Part shown: positions 11,888-24,616 of the stretch, one piece after another
How the letters are laid out: every line of letters begins with the position of its first letter
Numbering within the stretch: the first letter of the stretch is position 1
Source of the DNA: Octopus vulgaris
Taxonomy: Eukaryota
NCBI GenBank assembly: GCA_951406725.2
Contig: OX597843.1
Span: 5,456,001 to 5,520,000, forward strand
DNA length: 64,000 bases
Direction of reading: 5' to 3'
Program-made: the position numbers and the translations under genes
Notes under the pieces: generated by a model
Seen by the model: the letters and a program-made list of their open reading frames with translations, nothing else
Database searches by the model: none
What the model was told of the DNA's origin: nothing

Positions 11888-13785
11888 ATCATCATCATCA
11901 TCATCATCATCATTTAGCGTCCGTTCTCCATGCTAGCATGGGTTGGACGGTTCAACTGGGGTCTGTGAAGCCGGAAGGCTTCATCAGGCCTAGTCAGATC
12001 TGGCAGTGTTTTTACGGCTGGAAGCCCTTCCTAACGCCAACCACTCCGTGAGTGTAGTGGGTGCTTTTTACGTGCCACCTGCACAGGTGCCAGACTGAGC
12101 TGGCAAACGGCCACGAACGGGTGGTGCTTTTATGTGCCACTGGCACGGGGACCAGGCGAGGCTGGCAACAGCCACGAACGGATGGTGCTTTTTATGTGCC
12201 ACTGGCACGGGAGCCAGGCGAGGCTGGCAACGGACACGAACGGATGGTGCTTTTTATGTGCCACTGGCACGGGGACCAGGCGAGGCTGGCAACGGCCACG
12301 AACGGATGGTGCTTTTTATGTGCCACTGGCACGGGGACCAGGCGAGGCTGGCAACGGCCACGAACGGATGGTGCTTTTTATGTGCCACTGGCACGGGGAC
12401 CAGGCGAGGCTGGCAACGGACACGAACGGGTGGTGCTTTTTATGTGCCACTGGCACGGGGACCAGGCGAGGCTGGCAACGGACACGAACGGGTGGTGCTT
12501 TTTATGTGCCACTGGCACGGGGACCAGGCGAGGCTGGCAACGGACACGAACGGATGGTGCTTTTTATGTGCCACTGGCACGGGGACCAGGCGAGGCTGGC
12601 AACGGACACGAACGGATGGTGCTTTTTATGTGCCACTGGCACGGGGACCAGGCGAGGCTGGCAACGGACACGAACGGGTGGTGCTTTTATGTGCCACTGG
12701 CACGGGGACCAGGCAAGGCTGGCAACGGCCACGAACGGATGGTGCTTTTTATGTGCCACTGGCACGGGGACCAGGCGAGGCTGGCAACGGACACGAACGG
12801 ATGGTGCTTTTATGTGCCACCGGCACGGGGACCAGGCGAGGCTGGCAACGGCCACGAAAGGATGGTGCTTTTTATGTGCCACTGGCACGGGGACCAGGCG
12901 AGGCTGGCAACAGACACGAACGGATGGTGCTTTTTATGTGCCACCGGCACGAGGGCCAGGCGAGGCTGGCAACGGACACGAACGGATGGTGCTTTTTATG
13001 TGCCACCGGCACGAGGGCCAGGCGAGGCTGGCAACGGACACGAACGGATGGTGCTTTTTATGTGCCACCGGCACGAGGGCCAGGCGAGGCTGGCAACGGA
13101 CACGAACGGATGGTGCTTTTTATGTGCCACCGGCACGGGGACCAGGCGAGGCTGGCAACGGCCACGAAAGGATGGTGCTTTTTATGTGCCACCGGCACGG
13201 GGACCAGGCGAGGCTGGCAACGGCCACGAAAGGATGGTGCTTTTTATGTGCCACTGGCACGGGGACCAGGCGAGGCTGGCAACAGACACGAACGGATGGT
13301 GCTTTTTATGTGCCACCGGCACGAGGGGCCAGGCGAGGCTGGCAACGGACACGAACGGATGGTGCTTTTTATGTGCCACTGGCACGGGGACCAGGCGAGG
13401 CTGGCAACGGACACGAACGGATGGTGCTTTTTATGTGCCACCGGCACGGGGACCAGGCGAGGCTGGCAACGGACACGAACGGATGGTGCTTTTTATGTGC
13501 CACCGGCACGGGGACCAGGCGAGGCTGGCAACGGACACGAACGGATGGTGCTTTTTATGTGCCACCGGCACGGGGACCAGGCGAGGCTGGCAACGGACAC
13601 GAACGGATGGTGCTTTCTATGTGCCACTGGCACGGGGACCAGGCGAGGCTGGCAACGGACACGAACGGATGGTGCTTTTTATGTGCCACTGGCACGGGGA
13701 TCAGGCGAGGCTGGCAACGGACACGAACGGATGGTGCTTTTTATGTGCCACCGGCACGGGGACCAGGCGAGGCTGGCAACGGACA
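11888..13785 (-). repeat. (GAT)n-tailed SINE whose internal 62-bp segment is amplified about 27 times
   Basis: Unit GGCGAGGCTGGCAACGGACACGAACGGATGGTGCTTTTTATGTGCCACTGGCACGGGGACCA over about 12098-13785; the same segment occurs in fewer copies at 28510-28650 and 59580-59840. Confidence 0.9.
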
Positions 13786-14149
13786 GTATGTATGTAAAAA
13801 TTAGTGATGTACTGTCTTTACGACCATTAGGGTCTATAGGGAAAAATTTATCCATGCGTGAAAGGAAACGGAAAGGACCTGCAATACGGTGCTGTTAGAT
13901 CATATACACACACATACATGCATATTGTTGTGCACAAAAAATGTGAGTCCAAGAAGTATGGCTTCCTTCAAGGCAGAGCTAGAAATGCAATTGTCAAGTA
14001 GGTAAGAGGTTTTAAGCAGGAGTGATATATTCAAAATTGGTAAAACTAAAAGTTGTCAAGGATAAATTAAATTTATTATTGTTACTGAATATGTTAGTGT
14101 TATTTAATTTCTGAAATGTCGTTGATTGATCGAAATTACCAAAATACGA

Positions 14150-15275
14150 GAACATTATCAGCCATCGTACAAACAATAACTCTGAGCACCTTTTCAAACT
14201 CCACCCATCTAACACCCGTGGACATATTTACAAAGTCAGAAAACAGCACAGCTCCCATGACTTCAGGAAACATATTTTCACGCTAAGAGTTGCTGAAGCA
14301 TGGAACAAACTGCCGGCATCAGTTGTTGGTTGTCGGAGCACTGCATCCTTCAAAACTTCCATGCTTCCTGAGATTCGCCAACACAACACATGATCTTCTC
14401 CCCTCCATACACACGCTGAAGCATGGAACAAACTGCTGGCATCAGTTGTTGGTTGTCGGAGCACTGCATCCTTCAAAACTTCCATGCTTCCTGAGATTCG
14501 CCAACACTACACCTGATCTCCTCCACTCCATACACACGCTGAAACATGGAACAAACTGCTGGCATCGGTTGTTAATTGTCGGAGCACTGCATCCTTCAAA
14601 ACTTCCTGAGATTCGCCAACACTACACCTGATCTTCTCCCCTCCATACACACACTGAAGCATGGAACAAACTGCCAGCATCAGTTGTTGGTTGTCGGAGC
14701 ACTGCATCCTTCAAAACTTCCATGCTTCCTGAGATTCGCCAGCACTACACCTGATCTCCTCCCCTCCATACACACGCTGAAGCATGGAACAAACTGCTGG
14801 CATCAGTTGTTGGTTGTCGGAGCACTGCATCCTTCAAAACTTCCATGCTTCCTGAGATTCGCCAACACTACACCTGATCTTCTCCCCTCCATACACACGC
14901 TGAAGCATGGAACAAACTGCCGGCATCAGTTGTTGGTTGTCGGAGCACTGCATCCTTCAAAACTTCCATGCTTCCTGAGATTCGCCAACACTACACCTGA
15001 TCTCCTCCCCTCCATACACACGCTGAAGCATGGAACAAACTGCCGGCATCAGTTGTTGGTTGTCGGAGCACTGCATCCTTGAAAACTTCCATGCTTCCTG
15101 AGATTCGCCAACACTACACTTGATTTTCTCCCCTCCATACACACAAGCAAGCATGTATCTGACTCATACATTGTTCGCTTTCCAGACATTTCTACACTAC
15201 TGCATGTACTTTATATGCACTTTCTGACAAGTTGTGGGGCACCTGAGCACTGTATATAATAATTTCATCATTATT
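14150..15275 (+). mobile_element. CR1 LINE 3' fragment with a 123-bp unit amplified 7 times
   Basis: TRGHIYKV...WNKLPASVV motif; unit starts at 14292, 14415, 14538, 14653, 14776, 14899, 15022; followed by the 3' UTR. Confidence 0.85.
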
Positions 15276-15765
15276 TTTATCATTATTTAACGTGAAATTA
15301 CTTCGTAAATATAAGTTTTTCTCAAAAATGCTAAGAGTAAAAGATGTTTTATAAACACATTCTACCAGTATACGAAATTTGAAAGTGTTTAGTTGCAAAG
15401 AAATTATTTTCTAAATCTGTCGGTCAAAAGGAAAAGATCTAACAGTTGGAGCCTGGCCAGCTCCTATCAAACTGTCCAACCGATGCCAGCATGGAAAAAA
15501 TGGACATTAAATGATGATGATGATGATAATGATAACAATGAGGAGGAGGATGACAACGATGATGATGATGAGAATGTCAATCATGATGATGAAGATAATG
15601 GTGGTGATGATGATGAAGAGGATGACGATGATGACAATGATGATGATGATGAGGACAATGATGGTGATGCTGAAGCAGATGATGATGATGATAATGTTGA
15701 TGATGATGACAATCATGATGATGATGATGATGATGATGATGATAATGTTGATGATGATGACAATC

Positions 15766-15796
<31 letters not shown>

Positions 15797-15962
15797 CGAC
15801 GACGACGACGACAATGATGATGATATAACGACAACGACGATGATAACAATGATGACAATGATGATGATGATGATGACAATCATGATGACAGTGATGATGA
15901 TGATGACAATCATGATGATAATGATGATGATGACAACGAGTGGTAAAAATCTGTCAACTCAC

Positions 15963-16128
15963 CGAGAGACTTCATGAGGCCAGTTGTTGCATTTCTCAAG
16001 TGGAGGGGCACGGATGGCTGGGGGCCCCTGTGCTCAACAATGCTTCGTTTGGCTTTCAGGTATGCAGAATACACTTCAACGGACTTCGGGGCACGAGCCA
16101 AATACACGGCACACTGGGCCAAGATGAC
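15963..16128 (-). CDS. WRNIP1: WRNIP1 exon 7
   Basis: VILAQCAVYLARAPKSVEVYSAY...VPLHLRNATTGLMKSLG (MgsA C-terminal domain); AG|GTC and G|GTGAG junctions. Confidence 0.92.
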
Positions 16129-16900
16129 CTTTAAGAGATATATACACAAACATCAACAAAGAAAGCAATCCATTCACTGAGATATAAATATTAATTAATA
16201 TATGCAGGAGTGGCTGTGTGGTAAGTAGCTTGCTAACCAACCACATGGTTCTGGGTTCAGTCCCACTGCGTGTCACCTTGGGCAAGTGTCTTCTGCTATA
16301 GCCTCGGCCCGACCAATGCCTTGTGAGTGGATTTGGGAGACGGAAACTGAAAGAAGCCCGTCGTATATATGTATATATATATATATGTGTGTGCGTGTAT
16401 GTTTGTGTGTCTGTGTTTGTCCCCCTAGCATTGCTTGACAACCGATGCTGGTGTGTTTACGTCCCCGTCACTTAGCGGTTCGGCAAAAGAGACCGATAGA
16501 ATAAGTACTGGGCTTACAAAGAATAAGTCCCGGGGTCGATTTGCTCGACTAAAGGCGTTGCTCCAGCATGGCCGCAGTCAAATGACTGAAACAAGTAAAA
16601 GAGTAAAGAAGTAATTACTAAGGCGGTGAGCTGGCAGAGTCGTTAGGACGCCGGGCGAAATGCGTAGCGGTATTTAGTCTGCTGTTATGTTCTGAGTTCA
16701 AATTCCGCCGAGGTTGACTTTGCCTTTCATCCTTTCGGGGTCGATAAATTAAGTACCAGTTACACACTGAGGTTGATCTAATCGACTGGCCCCCTCCCCC
16801 CAAAATTTCGGGCCTTGTGTCTAGAGTAGAAAATATTGCGTGTGTGTATGTGTCTGTAACTCCACGTCTGTGTCTGTGTGTTCGTTCCGTTGATTTGATC

Positions 16901-16945
<45 letters not shown>

Positions 16946-17268
16946 GTCGATGCTATGTCTACGGAACGAACACACAGACACAGAGACGTCACTGCTTGAC
17001 AACCGATGCTGGTGTGTTTATGTCCCCGTTACCTAGCGGTTCGGCAAAAGAGACCGATAGAATAAGTACTGGGTTTATAAAGAATAAGTCCCGGGGTCGA
17101 GGTTCTCGATTAAAGCCGGTGCTCCAGCATGGCCGCAGTCAAATGACTGAAACAAGTAAAAGAGTAAAAGAGAGTAGAAATTAATGCGCGTGTGTGTGAT
17201 TGCGTGTGTGCAATGTATCTGTAACTCCACTTTCTGTGTCTGTGTGTCCGTCCCGTTGATTTGAGATC

Positions 17269-17339
<71 letters not shown>

Positions 17340-18493
17340 GTGGATGCTATGTCTACGGAACGAACACACAGGCACAGAGACGTCATAGCATAGATACCTG
17401 CACACACGCAATCGCACACACGCATCGCGCTCTGCATCTGTTGATCAAATCAACGGAACGAACACACGAACACAGAGAGAGCGCGATGCGTGTGTGTAAT
17501 TGCGTGTGTGCACTAATCTGTACTCGACGTCTGTGTTCGTGTGTTCGTTCCGTTGATTTGATCAACAGACACAGAGCGCGATTGCGTGTGTGCAGGTATC
17601 TCTGCTATGACGTCTCTGTGTCTGTGTGTTCGTTCCGTCTACGTAGCATCTACCTCGCTCTGCCTGTGTTCGTGTGTGTGTGTGTTCGATCTACTGATAC
17701 TACATCTGGGTAGAAATGCGTGGCCGTATTTCGTCTGCCGCTACGTTCTGAGTTCAAATTCCGCCAAGGTCGACTTTGCCTTTCATCCTTTCGGGGTCGA
17801 TAAATTAAGTACCAGCTGAGAACTGGGGTCAATGTAATCGACTTAATCCGTTTGTCTGTCCTTGTTTGTCCCCTCTGTGTTTAGCCCCTTGTGAGTAGTC
17901 TGCTGTTATGTTCTGAGTTCAAATTCCACCGAGGTCGACTTTGCCTTTCATCTTTTTGGGGGTCAATTAAATAAAGTACCAGTTGCGTACTGGGGTCGAT
18001 ATAATCGACTTAATACCTTTGTCTGTCCTCTCTGTGTTTAGCCCCTTGTGGGTAGTAAAGAAATAGATACTTATTTTATTGACCTTTAAAAGGATGAAAG
18101 GCGGAGTCAACCTCGGCGGAATTTGAACTCAGAACGTAAAGACAGACGAAATACCTATTTCTTTATTACCCACAAGGGGCCAAACACAGAGGGGACAAAC
18201 AAGGACAGACATAGGTATTAAGTCGATTATACTGACCCCAGTACGTAACTGGTACTTAATTTATCGACCCCGAAAGGATGAAAGGCAAAGTCGACCTTGG
18301 CGGAATTTGAACTCAGAACGTAACGGCAGACGAAATACCGCTAAGCATTTCGCCCGGCGTGCTAACGATTCTGCCAGCTCGCTGCCTTTAATAATAAAAT
18401 AAGTACCATTCGAGTACTGGGGGTCGATGTAATCAACTTAGCCCCACCCCCGAAATTGCTGGCCTTGTGCCAAAATTTGAACTTGATACTTAC

Positions 18494-18573
18494 ATCACAC
18501 TCTGGCATTCCAATGAATTTGGTTGCTTGAAATGCAGCGACGGCTTGGGTCAAGGCAAGAGGATCAGCTAATC
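18494..18573 (-). CDS. WRNIP1: WRNIP1 exon 6
   Basis: GLADPLALTQAVAAFQATKFIGMPECD; TAG|GA acceptor, GAT|GTAAGT donor. Confidence 0.92.
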
Positions 18574-18597
18574 CTAGATTAGATAGAAAGGAAGAAT

Positions 18598-19021
18598 TAG
18601 GGTTTTAGGGTTAGGGTTAGGGTCAAAGCAAGAGGATCAGCTAATCCTGGATTAGATAGAAAGGAAGAATGAGAGGGAGGTGATGGGGAAGTTAGAGAAA
18701 AAGGGCAAGGGTGAGCGTGATGCCGAAATCCTCTCCTTTTGTGCAAGCTCTCTGTCATACCCTCATCAAAGAAGAAAGGCGTTAGGGTTTTAGGGCTAGG
18801 GTTTTAGGGTTAGGGTTTTAGGGTTAGGATTAGGGTTAAGGTTTTAGGGTTAAGGCTAGGGTTTTAGGGTTAGGGTTAAGGTTTTAGAGTTAGAGATGGG
18901 GTTTTAGGGTTAGAGTTAAGGGGTTAACGTTAGGGTTTTAGAGATAAGGTTAGGGTTTTAGGGTTAAGGCTAGGGTTTTAGAGTTAGAGATAGGGTTGGG
19001 GTTTTAGGGTTAGAGTTACGG
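18598..19021 (+). repeat. Interstitial degenerate telomere-like repeats (TTAGGG / TTTTAGGG)
   Basis: Short run at 18598-18622 and about 240 bp at 18781-19021, inside WRNIP1 intron 5. Confidence 0.85.
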
Positions 19022-19724
19022 TAAAAAATGAAAAATGAAGCATGAACGATTCTGGTGGTGCCATGAAGTAAACCTGCTTCAGATAGACTCATTTATTCAT
19101 ACAAACGTAACTGAGATGAAATATGAAATAAATAACACTGACAAACGAAATATATACACCGCCGGAAGTTCTTGTTGGCAAAACAATGGCAGTAATTTTA
19201 TTCAGCTGAATACACGTCATTGATTGGTTGAAATTACTGAAATACAACAACTTTAACAAGAAATAACTTCGTAAATATAAGCTTTTCTCAAAAACGCCAA
19301 GAGTAAAAGATGTTTCATATGACACATTCTACCAGTGTCCAAAGTTTGAAAGTGTTTAGTTATAAAGAAATTATTTTTTAAATCTGTCGGTCAAAAGGTT
19401 AAAGATCCAACAGTTGGAGTCTGTCCAGCTCTCTGGTTGGACAGCTCCTATCAAACCGTCCAACCCATGCCAGCATCGAAAAATGGACATTAGATGATGA
19501 TGATGATGATGATGATAATGATAAAAATAAGGAGGATGACGACAACGATGATGATGAGAATGTCAATCATGATGATAAAGATTATGGTGGTGATGATGAT
19601 GAAGAAGAGGATGACGATGATGACAATGATGATGATGATGATGATACTGAAGCGGATGATAACGATGATGAGGACAATGTTGATGATTAAGGAACGGGAA
19701 AGATGGAAACACGCAAATACATAC

Positions 19725-19880
19725 CTATGTCTTCTGAAGCAGTTCGCACCAATCGTCGTGCGATGAAGAGCGGGTCCTCACCTCCTTCGAGCATCCGTGC
19801 CATCCAGTACAGCGCCGCATCTGGGTCGGATCCACGGATGGATTTTTGCAGTGCCGATGCACAGTTGTAATGTTCCTCAC
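19725..19880 (-). CDS. WRNIP1: WRNIP1 exon 5
   Basis: [53 protein letters not shown], the hallmark MgsA/RarA motif; phase 1 to phase 1. Confidence 0.95.
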   Translation of the reverse strand: MRNITTVHRHCKNPSVDPTQMRRCTGWHGCSKEVRTRSSSHDDWCELLQKT

Positions 19881-19956
19881 CTGAGAAAGGCAAACGAGAA
19901 AAACACAAAACAAAAATGGTAAAATAATCATCGTCATCATCATCACCATCACCATC

Positions 19957-19987
<31 letters not shown>

Positions 19988-20022
19988 TCACCATCACCAT
20001 CATCATCATCATCATCGTCATC

Positions 20023-20054
<32 letters not shown>

Positions 20055-20178
20055 CGTCATCATCATCACCATCACCATCATCATCATCATCATCATCATC
20101 ACCATCACCATCATCGTCATCATCACCATCACCATCATCATCACTGTCACCATCACCATCATCGTCATCATCACCAGC

Positions 20179-20209
<31 letters not shown>

Positions 20210-20621
20210 CCATCACCATCATCATCACCATCATCATCACCATCACCATCACCATCATCATCATCATCGTCGTCGTAGTTTAACGTCCGCTTTCCATGCT
20301 GGCATGGGTTGGACGGTTTGATTGAGGACTGGCAAGCCATGGAGATTGCACCAGGCTCCAATCTGTTCTGGCAAGGTTACTTACAGCTGGATGCCCTTCC
20401 TAACGCCAACCACTCCGAGAGTGTAGTGGGTGCTTTTTACGTGCCACCGGCACAGGTGCCAGGGGAGGCTGGCAGTGGACACAATTGGTTGGTGCTTTTT
20501 ACATGCCACCGGCACAGATGATGATGATGATATATGCATATATGTATGTATGAATGTGTGTATATATATATATATACATACACACATATATATATGTGTA
20601 TATATATACATACACACACAC

Positions 20622-20653
<32 letters not shown>

Positions 20654-20862
20654 ATATATATACATACATATATATATACATACATATATATATATATATA
20701 CATATATATATACACACATATATATATATACATACATATATATATATATACATATATACACACACACACACACACATACATACATATATGTAAGTTACTT
20801 GACCGGATGATATTTGATGAAAAGCAACAGACATACAATAAGGACAATGGCAATTTCCTCAC

Positions 20863-21077
20863 CCTTTTTATCGTAGAGAATACAAGAGCGTTCCAAGCTT
20901 TCCTTCACGCAGTCAACATCGATGATGGTCGGAGAAGCCTCGTTGGCGTCAGTTTCCTTCTTCTGTGTTTGACTCTGCACTGCCATCTGGAGGCAGTTGA
21001 GAGCAACGCGGCCATCTCCGTCACAGAGGAAAGCAATCTCTTCAATAACTTTATTGTTGATCCAGATATTGGGTCTT
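20863..21077 (-). CDS. WRNIP1: WRNIP1 exon 4
   Basis: [32 protein letters not shown]...LYDKKG (AAA+ lid, GD.R.ALN motif). Confidence 0.92.
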
Positions 21078-21453
21078 CTGTAGAAAGAACGACACACAGA
21101 AATGAGTTTATAATGCATATATATATATACACAAACATATATACATACAAACATATATACATACAAACATGTATACAGGGTGGGCCCAAAGTCACCCGAC
21201 AGTAAATCAAAGTCCCATAAATACTCTCTTTTACTCTTTTACTTGTTTCAGTCATTTGACTGCGGCCATGCTGGAGCACTGCCTTTAGTCGAGCAAATCG
21301 ACCCTGGGACTTATTCTTTTGTAAGCCCAGTATTAATTCTATCGGTCTCTTTTTTGCCGAACCGCTAAGTGACAGGGACGTAAACACACCAGCATCGGTT
21401 GTCAAGCGATGTTGGTGGGAGAAACACAGACACACAAACATATACACACACAT

Positions 21454-21518
<65 letters not shown>

Positions 21519-22157
21519 CACACACGGCAGTAACTTCCGCCTGCCGAATTCAATCACAAAGCTTCGGTCGGCTCGGGGCTATAGCAGAAGACACCTACCC
21601 AAAGTGCCACGCAGTGGGACTGAACCCGAAACCATGTAGCTAGGAAGCAAGCTCCCTAACCACACAGCCATGCCCTACTGCCGTGTGTGTACATGTACGT
21701 GTAGGTGCTTGTGCATCTCCGAAAGAGAGAGAGGGATATACATATATACGACAGGCTTCTTTCAGTTTCTGTCTACCAAATCCACTCACAAAGCATTAGA
21801 CACTTATAGCAGAAGACACTTGCCCAAGGTGCCACGCAGTGGGACTGAACCCAGAACCATGTGGTTGGTAAGCAAGCTACTTACCACACAGCCACTCCTG
21901 CGCCTATTTCTAATTCTGTTATTGACTCAAATGGAAAAATGTGTCGCTAAAGAAGGGGTTCAGTTGGAACAGTTTTCCTGAAGTTTCATTTTTTGATGCT
22001 TTTATTAGATTCATTCTGTTGTTAAACATAAATAAATCTTGGAATTAAATGGGTTTGATTTACTGTCAGGTGACTTCTGGCCACCCCTATATGTACAGAC
22101 TGATGAATGGATGGATGGATACATACATACGTCTATACATACATATATATGTATACC

Positions 22158-22201
<44 letters not shown>

Positions 22202-22860
22202 CATATATATATAGTCTATACATATATATACATACATACATATATATATACATGTGTGTGTGTGTGTATATATATATGTGTGTGTGTGTGTGTATGTATG
22301 TGTGTGTATATACACACACACACACACATATATGTATATATATATACACACACATATGTATATATACACACACACACACATATATATATATATACATATA
22401 TACACACACATATATATATATGTATATATACACACACATATATATGTATGTATATACACACACACATATATATATGTATATATATACACACACACACATA
22501 TATATGTATATATATTAGCAAAAAGCCGCCCTATCGGGGGACTTTTAAACTAGTATATAGCTTTTAAGCTTCTAACCCCAAATGAGAAGATCTGCAAACA
22601 GATCTCTGACTTGTTTTGGAGAATTTGATATAATTGCTTCCTCCAGTGTCATATCCCAATGATGATCATAGTTGATTACATCGACCCCAGTGCGTAACTG
22701 GTACTTATTTAATCGACCCCGAAAGGATGAAAGGCAAAGTCGACCTCAGCGGAACTTTGAATTCAGAAAGTGAGGTCGGACAAAATACTGCTAAGCATTT
22801 CGCCTGGCACGCTAATGATTCTGCAAGCTTGCCACCTTAACAACAACAACAAGAACAGCA

Positions 22861-23615
22861 GTGGAGGTGCAATGGCTCAGTGGTTAGGGCAGCAGACTCG
22901 CGGTCGGAGAATCGCGGTTTCGATTCCCAGACCGAGCGTTGTGTGTGTTTATTGAGCGAAAACACCTAAAGCTCTACGAGGCTCCGACAGTGGGTGGTGG
23001 TGACCCCTATTGTACTCTTTCGCTCCAACTTTCTCTCACTCTTTCTTCCTGTTTCTTGTCCCCCGACTTCCTACGCAACCGCTGAGCCTGGATGCACATT
23101 CATCCATCCGTCGATGCTCTCGGTGTCGGGGGTTGACCTGCTTTCTCTTCTGCGGGTCTTACGAATAGCAAAGGACCACGTTTCGGACTTCTCCCACTAC
23201 ACTGGGACGAAGACCGCTTTGCTCAACAGCAACAACAAGTGGAGGTGCAATGGCCCAATGGTTAGGGCAGCGGACTCCTGGTCAGAGGAATGCAGTTTCA
23301 ATTCTCAGAATGGGCGTTGTGTGTGTTTATGGAGCGAAAACACCTAAAGCTCCACGAGGCTCCGGCAGGGGGTGGTGGCGACCCCTATTGTACTCTTTCG
23401 CTACAACTTTCTCTCACTCTTTCTTCCTGTTTCTTGTCCTCCCCGACTTCCTACACAACCGCTGAGCCTGGATGCGCATTCGTCCATCCGTCGATGTTCT
23501 CGGTGTCGAGGGTTGACCTGCTTTCTCTTCTGCGGGTCTTAGGAATAGCAAAGGACCACGTTTTGGACTTCTCCCACTACACTGGGACGAAGACCACTTC
23601 GCTAAACAAACAAGC
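22861..23615 (+). mobile_element. Two head-to-tail copies of a tRNA-derived SINE with (AAC)n tail
   Basis: GTGGAGGTGCAATGGC...GGTTAGGGCAGC heads at 22861 and 23239, each followed by the same body of about 380 bp. Confidence 0.8.
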
Positions 23616-23640
23616 AGCAACAGTAACAACAATCTCTTAC

Positions 23641-23891
23641 CCTGGACAGCTTGAAATCTGATAAAGACCGGGTGCAGTTTTGTCGATTTCAATGGCATCA
23701 GAAAAGCATTTAAGCTTCAAATATTCCACAGCATTCATTAAAATCGTCGACACCTCCTCCACACTCAACTTCTCCAAGACTACAACATGGCACCGACTAA
23801 GAAGGGCAGAATTTACATGGAACGAAGGGTTTTCTGTGGTGGCGCCCAGCAAAATAAATGTTCCGTTCTCAACATATGGGAGTAAGCAGTC
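23641..23891 (-). CDS. WRNIP1: WRNIP1 exon 3
   Basis: DCLLPYVENGTFILLGATTENPSFHVNSALLSRC (sensor 1 and SRC arginine-finger motif). Confidence 0.95.
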
Positions 23892-24004
23892 CTACCAAAA
23901 GAAAATAATAAATACAGTAATACAGTCTCCATGAAGCATTGTGTGATATATATATATACGAAATCTGAGGAAAACCTATCGGGATTGGTGTAGAAACCCA
24001 TTTT

Positions 24005-24616
24005 GGGCGATCTTTCGGTACAAGTACCATAACTGCCAATTATAAAACCCACATGGGTTTCTCTTTTACCCTTTTACTTGTTTCAGTCATTTGACTGCGG
24101 CCATGCTGGAGCACCGCCTTTAATCGAGCAACTCGACCCCGGGACTTATTCTTTGTAAGCCCAGTAGTTATTCTATCGGTGTCTTTTACCGAACCGCTAA
24201 GTGACGCGGACGTAAACACACCAGCATCGGTTGTCAAGCAATGCTAGGGGGACAAACACAGACATACAAACACACATATATATATATACGACAGGCTTCT
24301 TTCAGTTTCCGTCTACCAAATCTACTCACAAGGCTTTGGTCGGCCCGAGGCTATAGTAGAAGACACTTGCCCAAGGTGCCATGCAGTGGGACTGAACCCG
24401 GAACCATGTGGTTGGTAAGCAAGCTACTTACCACACAGCCACTCCTTTGTTTACATTTCTGAAGAAAAAAGAGACCCTTTTCTCCCACTCCTAACCCTAA
24501 CACCCCATATATATATATAAATAAATAAAAAAAACGTTACGGTGAGTGACGATCTTCTTCTTAAAATGTAATCAAACGCACGTAGCAGTTATGGTACTTG
24601 TAGCGAAAGATCGCCC
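24005..24616. mobile_element. TIR element (GGGCGATCTTTCG termini) with nested SINE
   Basis: GGGCGATCTTTCGGTACAAGTACCATAACTGC...GCAGTTATGGTACTTGTAGCGAAAGATCGCCC; no clear TSD, superfamily not assigned. Confidence 0.7.

Noticed and set aside
12061-13898. Three 556-588 aa ORFs
   Set aside because: Product of a stop-free 62-bp tandem unit cycling through frames; no domain content.
15393-15977. Poly-Asp/Met/His ORFs (also 19494-20361 outside exon 5, and 54312-55194)
   Set aside because: (GAT)n/(CAT)n microsatellite expansions, mostly of SINE tails, in intronic or UTR/intergenic sequence.
18781-19021. True telomere or chromosome fusion site
   Set aside because: Short, degenerate, single orientation and inside an intact gene's intron.
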